From NCBI RefSeq assembly GCF_026210795.1, contig NC_089430.1, forward strand, positions 248,001-312,000: 64,000 nt of DNA. The letters are read 5' to 3'. The position numbers were made by a program, and so were the translations under genes. A model generated the notes under the pieces. The model saw only the letters and a list, made by a program, of their open reading frames with translations, had not been told where the DNA came from and did no database searches. Position 1 is the first letter of the stretch; the number at the start of each line of letters is the position of its first letter. Of this stretch, positions 41,485-56,646 are shown in pieces. This stretch comes from Rhizophagus irregularis (Eukaryota).

Positions 41485-41845
41485 CGGAGCATCAGAGAAA
41501 TTTTTATTTCTTTTTTTATGAATGGTAATCAATTTTAAATTTTAATTTATTATTAACGTTTCGAATAATTTATTTTTTTTCATAAAAAAAAACTTTTCAA
41601 TAAGACTGATATTAGGGTAGTTAACGGAGTTCGGCATCAATATTTGAAGGTTGAGCAGCAGAGAAATGCATAAAATTTTATTTCCTTTTTTATGAATGAT
41701 AATCAATTTTAAATTTTAATTTATTGTTTTTTCTTTTTTTATAGTAAAGCATTTTCCTTTATAATTTATTATTTTTCAAATAAACAATAAAACTAATATT
41801 AGGATAGTTAACGGACTTAACAGTTAGGCATCAATATTTGTAATT
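41485..41845. repeat. Local tandem duplication with a ~170-190 bp period
   Basis: tttttatgaatg(g/a)taatcaattttaaattttaatttatt and atattagg(g/a)tagttaacgga...ggcatcaatatttg each occur twice. Confidence 0.75.
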
Positions 41846-42354
41846 ATAATAATGATCTAAATAATTAAAAAATTTATTTTCTAAAATAATTAACCTTCAA
41901 ATTTATATAAAATATTCGGGCGAGTAATTTCGTATTTTTTTTTTGAACCCTAGATTGTGTACGTGGTTTTACATGATCACGTGAAATTTATTTATAGTAA
42001 ACGGAGCTGCATTTTTTTTGTTCTTTTTATATCTCCCATTTGACAACATTCGTGGGAAGTTTTTTATTATTGAGTTCACCAAAATTGTTTCAGTGTCGAA
42101 CATCGAAGTGTCGTACTACTACTGTATAACATACGTAATCTTGCATTATGATCACTGGGTCCTAAATTTAGAATTTTATTTGCTGATTGAAGATATTAAT
42201 GATCAAATTTTTTTTTTTTTTTTTTTTTAATAAATTGAGCAATTTCACGGATTTTGCTTTCCCTCACCTTTTTTCGATTTATCAAATATAAATACAGTAC
42301 AGTACATATATATTGATATTATTTGAAAAAGCTTTTTTTTTTTAAACAAAAAAC

Positions 42355-45300
42355 ATGGAAGACTATGACAAGATCGACAATGATACAAAGACTGTATCGA
42401 CTCATCGTAATAATGTATTTGGAACACTTGTAAATTTTTTTAAGCATAAGGATGAAGACCAATGTGTAAACGTAGATTATGGAAAAGACGATATCACTAA
42501 GAAGGAAGAAGATTATCAAATTACAATTTGTCAAGATGGAAAATTTGTTGCTACATTCGATACAGGTAAAAAAAAAATCATTATTAGAAAATGACTTATT
42601 AACCATGCATATGTATATAACGAGCAAGTAATTTTTTTTTTCTAAAAAATAAAGAAAACCTTCGGATCAAATTATTGAAAAATACTAATTATCGTCCATT
42701 TAAATTCGATGAGAAGATTAATTTCAGCAATCAATCCGATGAAATTGACGAAACAATCGCTTATTTTAAAATAAATAATGATTTTATTATCGAAAAATTT
42801 TACAATACAGATTACAAACCTCCTTTATTTGAAGAAACCCAAGATGACAATGACATTTATTTTTCAGACAGTGACGAAATAACAGCAAAAGATAAGAAGA
42901 ACGATTCGAAAAAGGGTGAAAAGAATGATGAATTTAAATGGTCTTTTGATATGTCAAATATATACAAAAAGAATGATGACGAATTTTTTGTTTTTATCGC
43001 AATATCTCGAATAAACATCCGTGAAGACATGAAAAATACAAAGGAAAAGAAAAAAGATGATAATAAGAAACATGAAAAAGAACATCTTAGTAAAATTAGT
43101 TTTAAGTGTGTAAATAAAGAATCTGTTCACGTAAACGTTTATGAGAATATGAAAGAAGATAATAAAAGTAAAAAAGGAACCGCCATTTATTGTATTGAAC
43201 TAAAAAGTCAAAATAGAGAGAATGAAAACGAAGTGAACAAGAAAGAAAATGAAAATGAGGAAAAAGAAAATGGAGAGAAGGAAAATATTTATACTCTTAA
43301 CGCTGTAACTTGTTATTACTCTAATAACATTTCAGGGATATGTAAATTCGTAAGAAATTCATATGATGATAATAAATTAAAAAGATTTATAATATTGAAT
43401 ATTCATGGAATATATAATCTTGAATTTAGTAATAATTATGGTTCTTTTAAATTGGGTGAGAAATTTGAATATCCACAAATTTTAAAACGTAAATTAAGTA
43501 ATTGGTATTCAGATAGAAATGACGGCTGTATGACACGACTTCTCTCGTGTATTTATGATAAATATTTTTTGGTCACACTATACAAAAAAGTTATTGAATT
43601 ACTTGAAGGTACAACTATTTTTTTTTAAATATAAATTGAAATTATACAGTATTAACGTATATTAATACAATCTATTTTTTAGTTTATAGTCTTGAAAAAA
43701 TGGAATTAGAGACTACAGTAAAAAGAGTCAAAGAGGAAGAGGATAGATTGGACAATTTTATAAAGAAAGACAACAATAATATCTATGATAACTTTATAAT
43801 TAGTAGGTTACATCTTTGTTATACTCAAGGAAATAATATTATTAAGTAAGTGTTATGTGATACTATAAGTCATTTATTATTTCTTCAAATAATGTTATTT
43901 CATATCGTTTGTAGGTTATATTGTATGGAAAATGGTTTACAAGTGGCATCAAAAAAATTTGATGAAATAGAAAAAATACATTTGTTGGAATTTATTGATA
44001 GTGATGAAAAATTACTTATAATAGGTGAAGATTTCAAAGAAGACAAAGATTCTAAAAAAGATAAAAAAAAGCTGAAGTTTATAGTTTGGGATTTATATGA
44101 TACTGGAAAATATGAATTAACAGAGTTGCCAATGACTAATTTAGAGAATATTGACACTCGATTAGCTAAAATTTCAGGAAATGTTTTACAAATTGATGAT
44201 AAAGGAAAAGTTTCATCAGTCCTTGAAAAAATTGAAGAAGTCAAGAAGAAAAAATTATATAAGGTTAATAAGGTTGTAGGTCCGAGAATAAAATTAAAAG
44301 AAGATATAGGAAAAAAATTAAATGGAAGCTCAGATGAGAAACATATTATACATTACATTGAGAAAATAAAATTTGAACCAATAGTTAATGACAAGGAACC
44401 ATGGGTGTCAGGTGATTACGAAAGAAATTCTTATCGTCTTTATCAACATGAAGAAATAGAAATTTTACAGCTTATTATTGGCAGATCAACTGTTCAAATT
44501 TGGCATCAAATTAAAGATAGTAACAAAGGAGAACCATTTCTTGAATATATATGGACCAATCGTATTCTTATAAATCAAGAAAGGGAACAAACAAAATTAC
44601 GAATTGAAAAGTTTGAAATGTTTGAATCAAATAGTAAAACAAATGATTTTTATTTAAAAGTTTATTGGTATGAAAGAAAAGATAATGAAGAGAGTACGAA
44701 AGAGGAAGAGGATGAAGAAATATGTCATATAGAAGATAAAATAGAAGAGATTAATAAAGTTAATAAAATGGATGAAGTTGAAAAAGAGAAAAGAAAGCAA
44801 GAGATAATAAATAGTGCTAAAAAAGTAAAAAGATGTGAAAAAGTAATTCAACAAAAAGATATTATTGAAAAATTTTATGCAGTAAGACATGCTTGCAAAG
44901 CATTAGAACATCTTAATAAGCGTTATATTAATAAAGAACTTGTGGATAATTATGTCAGAGTACGCAATGTAAGTTGTTTAAATAATAAACGATTTTAATT
45001 TAATTTTATTTGTTTTTAAGAAGTTAATTAATATTTGTTTTTGATTATTAAAAAGTATGAGGAAATGATTACCTATATCAAACATATAATCTGGAAATTT
45101 GTTAAATATGAACCACAAAATATTAAATTATTGGATGTCCGATACAATATTATGAAGAATTTAATTCTTGGTGACTGCGATGATTTAATAAAATTTATAT
45201 TATTTGGAGATGATAAAACCTTCAGAAATAAAAATAAAGATATTGTTCATATTCCAAGTAATAAATTATGGCTAGGAAAAAAGTTTTTAAGAGATGATGA

Positions 45301-47463
45301 CCTTGATTTTGATGAAGTAAAAGATAATCCTTCAATAGAAAATAAAGAATTCGAATTACAAAATAATATGGAATTGGCAATGTATCATTGTAAAGGTAGA
45401 TATCTAAAATTCATCACCCTTATAATACAGTAAATAACATGGTTTCATTTATCATATATATTTTATCACAGATAAAGATTCGACTATTGTTGCATATCTT
45501 TTGGAATATTATTCTAGTCATGCAGTGAATGATGCGGGTTGGATGTGCACTGTTTCTAAGGAAATTCCTATGTTATTTGAATATAATTATGGTATTTTCA
45601 ATTTTTATTTTTATTTGGAAATAATTTGTGTAATTTAATAATTTTTTATATGTAATATAGATGATTACGCAGAAAAGTTATTTTATAAAGAATGTTTTGA
45701 AGGTCAAACTCATGATTCCCTTGAAGTTCTGGAAGAAAGCTATAATAAAAATTTTAATGCATTTGGAATAGTTAAACTAAAATCTGAATCTTTAAAACAT
45801 AAAAAATTTAAGCTTATAGAATCACCATTATTACGAATAATTCCCCTTCCCAGTTTTATTAAAAGCAGCATTAAAAAGAAAAAAGAAAAATATGATTTTT
45901 TTAATCAAATATTAAATATTATTCTATTTTTATTAATACCACGGTGGTACAAAATTAATCAAAAAGAAAAATTTAGGTTAAGCCCTTTTTCTAGAATGTT
46001 ACTATGTGGGAATGATGTTATTTATGATAATCCAGCAATTGAAGCGGTTATTAATTTTCGTTGGAAAAAGGCAAGAAATTACTTTTTTTCTCTCTTTCTT
46101 CAGCTGGGCATATTTGAATCATAACACTATTATTAATCAAAATTTTTTGTTTTTATTAATTATTTTATTCTATTATTTGGCAATTTATCTACTTATTACT
46201 GATTTCTTAAAGTTTCTTTATCTTGGATATAAAATATATCTTAATAGAATATATTATATTTTTGGTGTAATTTCAATTATATTTGCCGTAATAATAATGT
46301 CAATAATTATTCAAGATTTTCGATTTTCTGATGGTTTTGGAAGTGTTGTAGAAATTAACACTGGATTGATTGTGGGGATATCATTCTCAATTTTCTTAAT
46401 TTGGATTGAATTGGTAAAATTTTGATTTGCAATTTTTAAGTTAAAATCCTATATATAAGATTAATTTTAACCAAACTTTAACAATTTTTAGATTTTCTAC
46501 TTCCGCTTAATACCATGTAAAAAATATATCAATTTAAATTTTTTTGTTTGCATTAACCGTTAATATATTTTAATATATTATTAATTAACCTAATTTTTTT
46601 GACAGATATTGGTATTTATATTTATCATGTCATAATTATCTTCAAAATCATATTTCCATTCTTTTTGTTTATGTTGATTGTAATATTAGCATTTGCGCAC
46701 ACAATGTATGGAAAACTAATTTGTTTATTTATTCATTTTGAATTTTCAATATGACTAATCTTTCTTTTTATGTAGGTTTGTGTTACTCAGAAATCCTGTG
46801 AATATTAGGACTAAAGATTCTACATATAGTGGAGTTGCTACAAATTCTTTAACAAATGAGACACTTAATATTGAATTTAAATCCGATTTTGATCCAACTT
46901 CTAGTGATAATCCATTCACATCTTTTTCTAGTGCTATAATGGCTACATATTTTTGGATTAGTGATAATTGGATTCAAAGAGATGAATTGATTTTTGGGCT
47001 GTTGACATATATACTTTTATTGCTAGTATATTCCTTGTAATAGGTTTACAAAATATGTTGATCGCTTTTATGAGGTAAAGCTTCTTTGCCAATTTCATAA
47101 TTATAACTTATTTTAATATTCTTTCTTATTTATTAATTTGTTTATCTTTTTAGTGATGAATATGAAGATGTGAAAGATAAAAGTAGGCTAATTTTATTAA
47201 AACATAAAGCAAATCACATAGCAGATTATGATGCAATGTATCATATTCATTTTTGGATCCCTGATTCTAAACCAAAATGTATTTATTATATTGGTCAATC
47301 TGAAAATTATGAAGATTGGCATATTGCAAGAAAGGATGATGATAAGAGTGCTATTTGTAAAGGTTTAAAAGAAAACCCTATTTTTACAAACTTTAAAGAA
47401 AGAGATTTTGATGATCATTCAATCTGGAATTATCAACTTGATAATAAGGATAATGAGCATTGA
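42355..47463 (+). pseudogene. Multi-exon TRP-channel-like gene (large N-terminal region plus an ion-transport-like multi-TM region) with probable frameshifts
   Basis: Motifs ITICQDGKFVATFD, YDNPAIEAVINFRW, AFAHTM, NPFTSFSSAIMATYFWI and LQNMLIAFMS. Frame breaks near 46100 and 46990 have no evident intron. Confidence 0.7.
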
Positions 47464-47942
47464 AAAATTTTAAGAACATAAATAATGACTTTTGATGAAG
47501 TTAAACATTGGAAGATGAAGTCCTAAATTAGAAGGTCAAATCGCCGAATTGAAGTAAGTTGAATGGAAAGTTAATGATAAAAAAAATCATAAAGAGATTA
47601 TTTTTATTAATTTATTATAGCTTATTTATTATTTTTATTTTTATATTTATTTATTGGTAAATAAAATTTTATATGAAATATCATGCATGTATAATGGGAA
47701 GCGATAAAGATTTTGATTTTAAAAAAAGCATTTGACAATGTAATAAAAATTTAATAAAATTTATGAATATAACTGATAGTAATAATTATAATAAAATAAT
47801 TTTATTTATTTTATTTTTAAATATATTTAATTTATGCCGCAAGTAATTTATAATTACCGCAACTTTATAGGTAATTAAATTTGGAAACATGCGAGTATAC
47901 ATTTTAAAGGGAATAGATCGGCACGGCCGAATTAATTCATTA

Positions 47943-49173
47943 TTACTTAGTGGGGTAATCACGTTTGTACGCCTCATCAGCAGCCCAGCATAAAATTTCC
48001 ATTCTGTTTAATGGAGGTGTGTTCACTTCATTTTTAAATGAAATTTCCATTGGTCTTGCGTTCAAGGGAGGTAAATGAATTCTCTCTTCGCTTTTGAATG
48101 AAGTTTCCATCGACGGTCTTGCGTTCAAAGGAGGTAAATGAATTCTCACTTCACTTTTGAATGAAGTTTCCATTGGTCTTGCGTTCAAAGGAGGTAAATG
48201 AATTTTCTCTTCGCTTATGAATGAAGTTTCCAACGGTCTTGCGTTCAAAGGAGGTAAATGAATGATGTTCTCTTCACTTTTGGGGGAAGTATCCATTAGT
48301 ATTGCATTCGAATCTCCATTAGGACTTCCTTTTCTTTTCCTTGAGTTCTCGGTTTCCGATTTCGCTTTAGATATTTCTTGAATTCTTTTTCGTATGCTCC
48401 AAAAGTTTTTAACCTTATTTTCGGAGCGCAATTTCTTGAATTTCGTTTTCATCAAGGGAATTAATTCTTTCCAACGTATCGTATCTCCTTGTGGTTTACT
48501 TTCAGCCCATTGGACAATAAATGATTTTTCATCCTCACTAAGAGGTTCAAAACAAACTAGAAAAATAACGTTCAGTGAAGATAGAGAAGAAGAATATTCA
48601 TTTGAAAAAAAAATTCGTTAAATCAAATTATAAGAATAACATTAAAAGAAAATATAAAGTTATACTTACGATCTGTGTTGAGTATATTTCTCCAACTAAA
48701 TTATAACAGAATCAAAATACATGAATAAATGAATAAATAATAAATTAATTGTAAATAACAGTTTTCTTACCGTTGACGAATTTGTTTTGAAGTATAATTC
48801 GTACTATATAGTTTATTAATATTTTTTCTAACCTTCACATATGGGTTGGATGACTGACCAAACTTTTTCATAAATTCTTTAATAGAATTGTCAATCTGCT
48901 CATTGAAGGGAGCATATCTATTTTGTGGTATTTTTACTTGTAACTCGTCTTTCAAACTAAATTGTAAGCAAATAAAACAAATAAATAATTGATTAATTAA
49001 TAAATTGTAAAATAATGATTTACTTACTATTGACGGACTTGGTTTGAAGTAAAATTCGTAGCATATTGTTCATTAACTTTTTCACAAATTTTTTCACAAA
49101 AGTTAGGAAGATGTCCCAATACTTTTATAAGCTCTTTGATAGTATTATTAATCTGCGGAGTGAAGAGTGACAT
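47943..49173 (-). CDS. Myb/SANT-domain transcription factor with four C-terminal ~20-aa repeats; 4 exons
   Basis: Spliced SKQIRQRWRNILNTDLCFEPLSEDEKSFIVQW...IRWKELI...RSENKVKNFW (R2R3-Myb-like); IHLPPLNARP x4. Confidence 0.82.
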
Positions 49174-50084
49174 TTTTATGAATAATATTTTTTTTCTAAA
49201 AAAAAAAGGAATAATGAGCAAATTATATCAATCTACTGTTATTAAATAATGAGCAATCTGAGCAATCTACGGTTATTAAATATATATTTTTAATATGTTA
49301 TTGTGATCTACAAATGTTTTCCTTTTTTGATTGTTTCGGAGCGGAGTGTTTATTCCGTTGATACTGCATCAATGGACGTTGCAAACCGTAAAAATTACAT
49401 TATACGTAAAGAATTAAAGAATTCTTTCAAGAATTTCTATTTTTTTTTTATTTTACCTTTTTATTAAAAAAAAACAAAAAGTTTAATATTTTACAATCAA
49501 ATAAAACCGAAACAAATAATATATCCCGCACGTTGTGTATTAACAATTATCTTTGCTAATAATGATTTGTTTTTATCTATTTATATTTAATAAGTTATTA
49601 TTAAATTATATAGAACAAGAATTAAAATTTTCTTTAGTACAAAATGGAAAAAGTTATTAAGAAAACAAGGAAGAGTAAAAAAATTAGAAAAAACAATGTC
49701 CAGTGAAACAAAAAATTTCATCATATAGTATTAAATTCATAATATTTGCGATTTGTACCGAGTTTACTATAAGGCCATACAAATTCGATTTTTCGGTTCA
49801 CTTCACCCGGCCGGATCACTTTTTCAAATTTCAATAAAAATAGTTTATCACGTGATCAATACGTAATTTTATTGGCGGTAAGTTTATCACGTGGCTGAGA
49901 ACTTCTGGAGCGAGTCAACCAATCAGATGTCACGATTTTATATATAAACTTTTTTTATTAATAAACAATAAACCCCGGGTCCCCGGGTCAATTTTAAATT
50001 TCAATGTTACGTGAACCAAAAAAATTGAATTTGTGTGGCCTAACATCTACGTTTTTTATACAGTATAACAAATATTTTATCCCA

Positions 50085-50780
50085 TGGCAAAAACAACGGT
50101 CTACCAAGAAGAGTTACTGTGGAACATTCAGTAAGGCCGATATATTTAATTTTTCCTTTAACTAGAACGCTAACAGTATCTTTAATGATCACAAATTAAT
50201 AGTTCATTATTACAGTTCTTGACAATAATACTAAATAACTTTTTTACTTACGTATTACGGTGTTGATAATAAAGATCGATATAATCTTTTTAAAGAATTT
50301 TCGCAAGCTTGGTGAACGTATTCTGATGTACTTGATATACCTTTAAATTCACCATTTGGACTCATAACAGCGCCAAATTTTGAACAAAGAAACACTTCAT
50401 TACGACGTTTTTTAAGGACTTTTGAAAGGAGAATTTCATTGGCTCCATCTCCATAAATATCCATATTTTAAAATTAAAAAAGTTTAATATATCATTGGTA
50501 TTGCTAAATATCACCTGTGGTGACGGTGAATTTATGATGTAACGCCGGCCAGTATTTTATTGGATTTTTAATTCTGGTCAAAAGTACATTATAATGCTGG
50601 TTTGGTGGTGAGATTTAACAATTTTCTTTGTTATTTTAAGCTAAATCATTAAAAAGTTTAAATATAAACAGCAGTATTTCAAATGACACATCCTAAATCA
50701 ATTGCTCTATTTAATACTTTAATATTTTCTTGTTCTTAATATTATCTAGGGGATAAATAAACGGCGTCAGGGTTACCCAT
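50085..50780 (-). pseudogene. Aldo-keto reductase pseudogene
   Basis: Fragments IKVLNRAIDLG, DIYGDGANEILLSKVL..R.EVFLCSKFG, ACENSLKRL, DLYYQHR and GKIKYIGL, with frameshifts and truncation. Confidence 0.85.
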
Positions 50781-52420
50781 TTTTATGATCACAAGACAAA
50801 ACTGAAGTCACATAAAATTGGTTACACAAAAAAATTCGCAAATTTTTACAGAACACATACATAGAAGAGCAGATGATGTTAAAAGTTAAGTTGTGTGTGC
50901 TAGCTCTATATAAGCGAAGTTTTTTTTATTCAAATAAGAACCACTGGTATATGTTTTTACCGCCTGATAATAGAAAGTTAGAAAATTATACTTTTTTCTT
51001 ACAAGATCTTAATAAAAAAATTATAAATATTTTTACCTAAAACATTCAAAAATAGTGTTTACTTCCTTTATTGTGTATTATTTCAAGTATATAATAAAAT
51101 TTTATATAATTTTGGGGTACTTTAAGTAGCTGATGCTAAATATCTTAAGTACTAGAAACGTAAGAAACGCAAAGGCGATAAAATTCACATCATGCAAAGC
51201 TTCGTAATGTGTCGTCATGGTGTGATTGTATCATATCGTAATTATCACTATTTTATTAAAATAAGATCATTGTGATTTTCAGATTTTTCGCACTATAGTA
51301 ATCCGTGATCCTATATTTGTGTAACCACGAGTTGTCCCCGTTTATTTATCTATCCCCTAGATATTATTACGTGATTTCAATTTGGAACCATTACTATCTA
51401 CTTATCAATACTCAGAGTCAGGGACCATATTAAGTATAATCACATTTTTCTACTTTGGACAAAAAGTTGGATACAATCAAATTTTGGTAAAGTAAATTGG
51501 TGGATTAGACATATAGATGTTAAATATATATAATCATATATTTAATGTAATACATGTAAAAGGATTTTAATTTTTAATATAAATATTGTAATCATAATAA
51601 ATAAATATTGTAATTGTTAATAGGGATATTTTATTATTATTACATGATATGAATATAATAGGGTTGTTATATGAATGTTATATGGTTATCAAAAAAATAG
51701 ATGTTAACAGCAAAGTAAATTCAATTATTGAGAAGTAACGTTTAATAATATCATGTCTGTATTAACATAGCCCATGTTTATTTGAAAAAAAAAATTGCCA
51801 TGAAATCTTATCACGAACGCTGAGTTTCTGATAATGATATGTCAACTTTGTTAATAACACGTCTCGCACATTAATAAAAAAGCCCAATATGATCGAAATA
51901 TTATCATGTACAGAAAAATTAGGAAAAACTTTCTTGTTCTAGTGTTTCGTAGACTTTTCTTGTGATCACACATGTATAGTACACATGTATAATACACATT
52001 GAAGGAGTAAACATTTTTTTCTCCTAGTAAATAAACAAGTACCTAGTATACATATTAAATATTTATAAGGTAAATCTAGAATGATAAAGAATTCATGTTT
52101 GTTCATATTAATGATTTCACTCGTAAATAATAAATCTCAATAATAAATGAATAAATATTTTGATTTCACTCGTAAATAAAAAATCTCAATAGTAAATGAA
52201 TAAATATTTTATTTAAGTATAAGTAAATTTATAAAAAACATCGTATAAATAATCTTAACTGATATTTTTAAGTTATCACTGATTAATCAATTTCCTTTAT
52301 AAAATCATACGTGTTAATGAACCATAGTAACTTAGATATTTCACAAAAAATCTTTAATTGTATATCAAAGTACAAAGTGGTACGTTTATCTTAACCATAT
52401 TAAACTTACGCATCGACTTT

Positions 52421-53846
52421 TTAATTCGCTTCCTGTGACGAGGGTACAAGCATATCTGGTCTTGATAGTCGTCTTTTCCTATAAAAGTATATAAGAAACG
52501 AAACTCCTATCAAGGCAAGTACGATTGATAAAATTATAATTCCTATGGTAAGATGACTGTTTTGAGTTTTTAGATTTTTGTATGAATTTTGATCTGAAGG
52601 ATATGGAAGATCTGAAAGATCTGGATTAAACTCATTAACCCATTTGTAATTAGATTTATCGTACGTGTTTAAAATAAATACTTCATTTGATGTGGGTAGT
52701 GGTAAATCATTATTAGTTCTTCCGAAAGCCACGATCATATAATAACCGACCAAAGTAGCCGTATGGAAAAAACGTACAGGTGGTGGATCTATGGCTTTCG
52801 CATTTGACCATGTATAATCATATGTATCTAATATCACAAGATCATCGCTTACAATTCTAAAATCACCAGTATAACCTCCATACACGATAATACGACCATC
52901 TTGAGCTATATAAATTAGAGAACAATTTAATATACTACCCATTTTATTAAATTTAATTCACAACAATAAGATTAATGATATAATTACTCAGAACAGCAGA
53001 ATGGTATGCACGAGGTGTTGGTGAATAATCAGTGGCTTTTTGAGATATCCATGTATCATTATTTGTATTATACAAAAGTAGCTATTTTTTTTTAAAAAAA
53101 AAAGAAATAATCAGTAAATATACAAGTTAGACTCTCAATTAATCAATTAAACGGTGCCGATTTACCTCTGTCATATCTGCATATTCCCCGTTAGGTAATT
53201 TACCACCTATATAAACAATATAACCATTTGGTAACATAGTACCCGTATGATCGTACCTTCCTTCAGTGTTAACATGTTCCCACGCTAGCGTCAATGTATT
53301 CAAAATATCCATATTATTATTATTATTGTCTGGTTGAAGTACCGGATTGATTCCACCAAATCTATACATTTTTCCAGTTCTAACATCACAAACGGTTTGG
53401 CTCTGGCTGTGAAAAGTATGTTGAGATGTATTGGTGGTCGTAGAGCTGGTCCATTGTTATAAATTTATGTAAGTGTAGACTGTTACGGTACTTACGGCAT
53501 CATCTGGTTCTCCAATATACAAATATAGAGAATTATCAAGTCCACAATTTGAAAACGCGCTCCATGCATGTGCTGGAAGATTTTGCGATACGGAACTAAG
53601 ATCCACCCAAGGTAATTTATCTCCTGCTCTGACTCTAAAGGGTTTCTCAACGTCTAAATAATAAAATTCTCTGGAAGGTGTTGACGGTTCAAATTTATCC
53701 TTGATTATGGGAAAGATACCACCTGTAATATATATCCTAGAATTTGCAAATACGGCGCTGTGGCCCCAAACTGTGTTATTAGGCGTGAAAGCCAAAGTGA
53801 ACTCATTGAGGCACAGGCAAATAACGATCAAGAAGAAGAAAAGCAT
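52421..53846 (-). pseudogene. Kelch membrane protein, copy 2, with one in-frame nonsense codon
   Basis: Same exon structure as copy 1; TAA at 53459-53457 where copy 1 has CAA; the frame continues intact afterwards. Confidence 0.85.
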
Positions 53847-54699
53847 TATTAATAATCATGAGGGAGTTGTAAATTACAACAAGAGGTTTGTTTTAATATT
53901 AATATAATGGTATAACGAAAAATACACATGGACATTTTTGATGCTAGAATTCGATATTTATGCGAGCTAGAAAGATGCCAAGACGGTTAATCATTTGAAA
54001 ATCAATAAACTACTTTTTTAAGGAAAAATAACAAAGTGAGTATTTTAGTAATGTATTTTCGGATTTTATTAACTTATAATTATGATCGACAAGGCAATAA
54101 CACATGTATTTTGCATAATTCATTTCAGTAAAGTTTAATGTTGAAAACAAATATGGGGATCATTTCCAGTCAGAGACCCGGAAAATTTTCGAAAGAAGAA
54201 ATTAAGTAATTGAAAATTTTTTTTATGCATAATCGAAAATAATCTAAATAATAAAATAATAAAAATACATGGATTAAAAAGTGTATCTAAATGAAAAATA
54301 TATTATAGAGAGAACTTGGTGTTTCTTTAAAGCAGTACTATTGAGAGTTTGACAAATTCTTATTGATTGTTATAAAGCGATAGTATGTTCCATTTTCACC
54401 AATGTGTATGTATTGAATACAATAATATATCATACATATATATCCTGGCTAAGTAAAATTTTACTAGGATCGGATAAATGATCGGCCGATAGGCCGATCA
54501 TGTTTCGATTCTAAAATAAAAATTTTACTATTCCAAATTAGCCATGATATAATTGATTTATCCCCTGCCATTTACACAATAGTAAGTGTTTTATAGTATA
54601 TCGTGAGTATAAATATAGTATATTTTATTGTTAAATCTTATTTTCTTTCGCTTTGTTTTTTTTTCATTTTAAGTTTTTAAAAAAATGATTAAATTTTAA

Positions 54700-54905
54700 A
54701 AAGTTTCAGAACTATTACTATTACACTTGAAAATAATGATGAGATTACGAATAAATTAAAAGAAAGTTTTTTTCATTTGGAAAATGCAAATCTTTCTGAA
54801 TAACTCAAATTTTCAAATCCGTTTAATCAATAGTTAATTTTTTACTGTAAAATTTCCTAGAAACGAATAAATAAATACATATAAATTTGCTACCCAGTAG
54901 CATTT
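54700..54905. repeat. Dispersed repeat with an inverted copy at ~56990-57180
   Basis: aaatgcaaatctttctgaataactcaaattttcaaatc...ctacccagtag matches the reverse complement of 56993-57125. Confidence 0.75.
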
Positions 54906-56489
54906 GCATAATCGTGTAAATGGTGCCGATCAGGAGATAATATCTTCTAGACCAAGGAAGTTATAGTATAAAAAACGGAATGGGATTTCCGATATAGTTA
55001 CACAATAGATGATTAGTCGTAGTAATTATGTTCATGGATATCGGCTATACAAATGGTTCAATTTATCCTTTTTGGACTTATTATATCCTTTTTAATGTTC
55101 ATTGCCTTTCATATCCGAGAGAAAATTATTGAACATGTTCATAGAAATTTTCAAAACTGAATTGAGTTTAAACTTACATACAAAATAGTACTAAATACAG
55201 TTTGTTACAAAAAAACCGGAATTAAAAAATTGGCAGTACCACCATGACGATCTCCAAATTATATTTAATAGATGAAAATACATTCATTATTTTATTTTTA
55301 AATTATTTGTCATCATTGTAAAAATAAACTTTTTTTTTATATTTTATAATACAAATTAAAAGGTGAAATCCCTTGTTTCTAAAATAGATGATAGTTATTT
55401 ATATAAATTTGGGAAAGAAATTTTAAATTTATACATCATAATTAATATAAGCGTTCACAAATTACATCAGTTTATATTACAAAATATTTTTTTTTTTATA
55501 ATAAAAAAATTTTGGGATTTTTTTTAATATGATAACAATAGAATTTGGTATAGTACAATGGATAAATATAAAAAAATTTTATAAATTTTTTTTTTTAATA
55601 ATGGATTGGTATGAATATATTTTCTGAGAGTTAATAGACCAGTATAAAAATTTTCTGGATTTTTTTAATAATAAAAATTGGCGTAATTATTATGTGCCAC
55701 ATAGACTGACCATTCCATCCGAAGTGATATTAATAATCAGTTGTTATTGACATTAACCGCAATGTATTATTCTAGAAGTTGAATGACTGCAATAGGTACC
55801 GCAATAGGTGTTTTTCAATAAAATAAATATTTAACACTTAACTGATTTGTTCCAGTATTATCTATCTGATCTTTCTATTTTAAGTTAGTGTAGTTTAGTT
55901 TTTCTGAAATTTGATCATACCATTTTTGGTACGATTTTAGCAGATGAAATCATGATAACGATCATTTTTTTATGTTCAAGTAATTTCATTTATTATTACT
56001 ATTTTTTTAAAAAATAAAAAAAATAATAAAAAAAAATTTTTCATTGTTTTTACAAATCCCTTTTTTCACTAAAATTAAAAAAAAATTATAATTATTATTA
56101 TTAATTACTAATAAATAACAATAATCTATAGGCATGTAAACAACCTCCCTCCTAAATCTTAATTATTTAATAATTATATAACTGATAAATAATTATATAT
56201 ATTTATAATTATGAAATTGAAATAGAAATCAATATAGAAATTAAAACAATAAAAAGATATTATTGGGCGTTTTTTATAAAACTAGTAACAATTTTGTTGA
56301 TCATTTGTTGATCATTTATTTTTAAATTTATTATAAATTTTGTCACGAGATTTTCTATGGAAATCATTTCTCAATTTGTTATTAAAACACCTGCTGAATT
56401 GCCTCGAAATTGAAAATCATTTCTCTTTTTATAAAAAAATTTCCTTTTTGGTAAAAAACTCTCAAATTAATCTTATATAACTTTATGTA

Positions 56490-56646
56490 AATGACAATGA
56501 CAATGTAAAAAAAAAAAAAAAAAAAAAAATGACAATGACAATGTCAATGTCAGTGACAATGTCAATGTCAATGTCAATGTCAATGTCAATGTCAATGTCA
56601 ATGTCAATGTCAATGACAATGTCAATGACAATGTCAATGACAATGA
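56490..56646. repeat. (gtcaat/gacaat)n hexamer microsatellite
   Basis: Directly visible. Confidence 0.95.

Noticed and set aside
11590..49900. Recurrent tcacgtga (E-box-like) motifs
   Set aside because: Several lie in repeats or MITE termini; a regulatory role cannot be supported without enrichment statistics.
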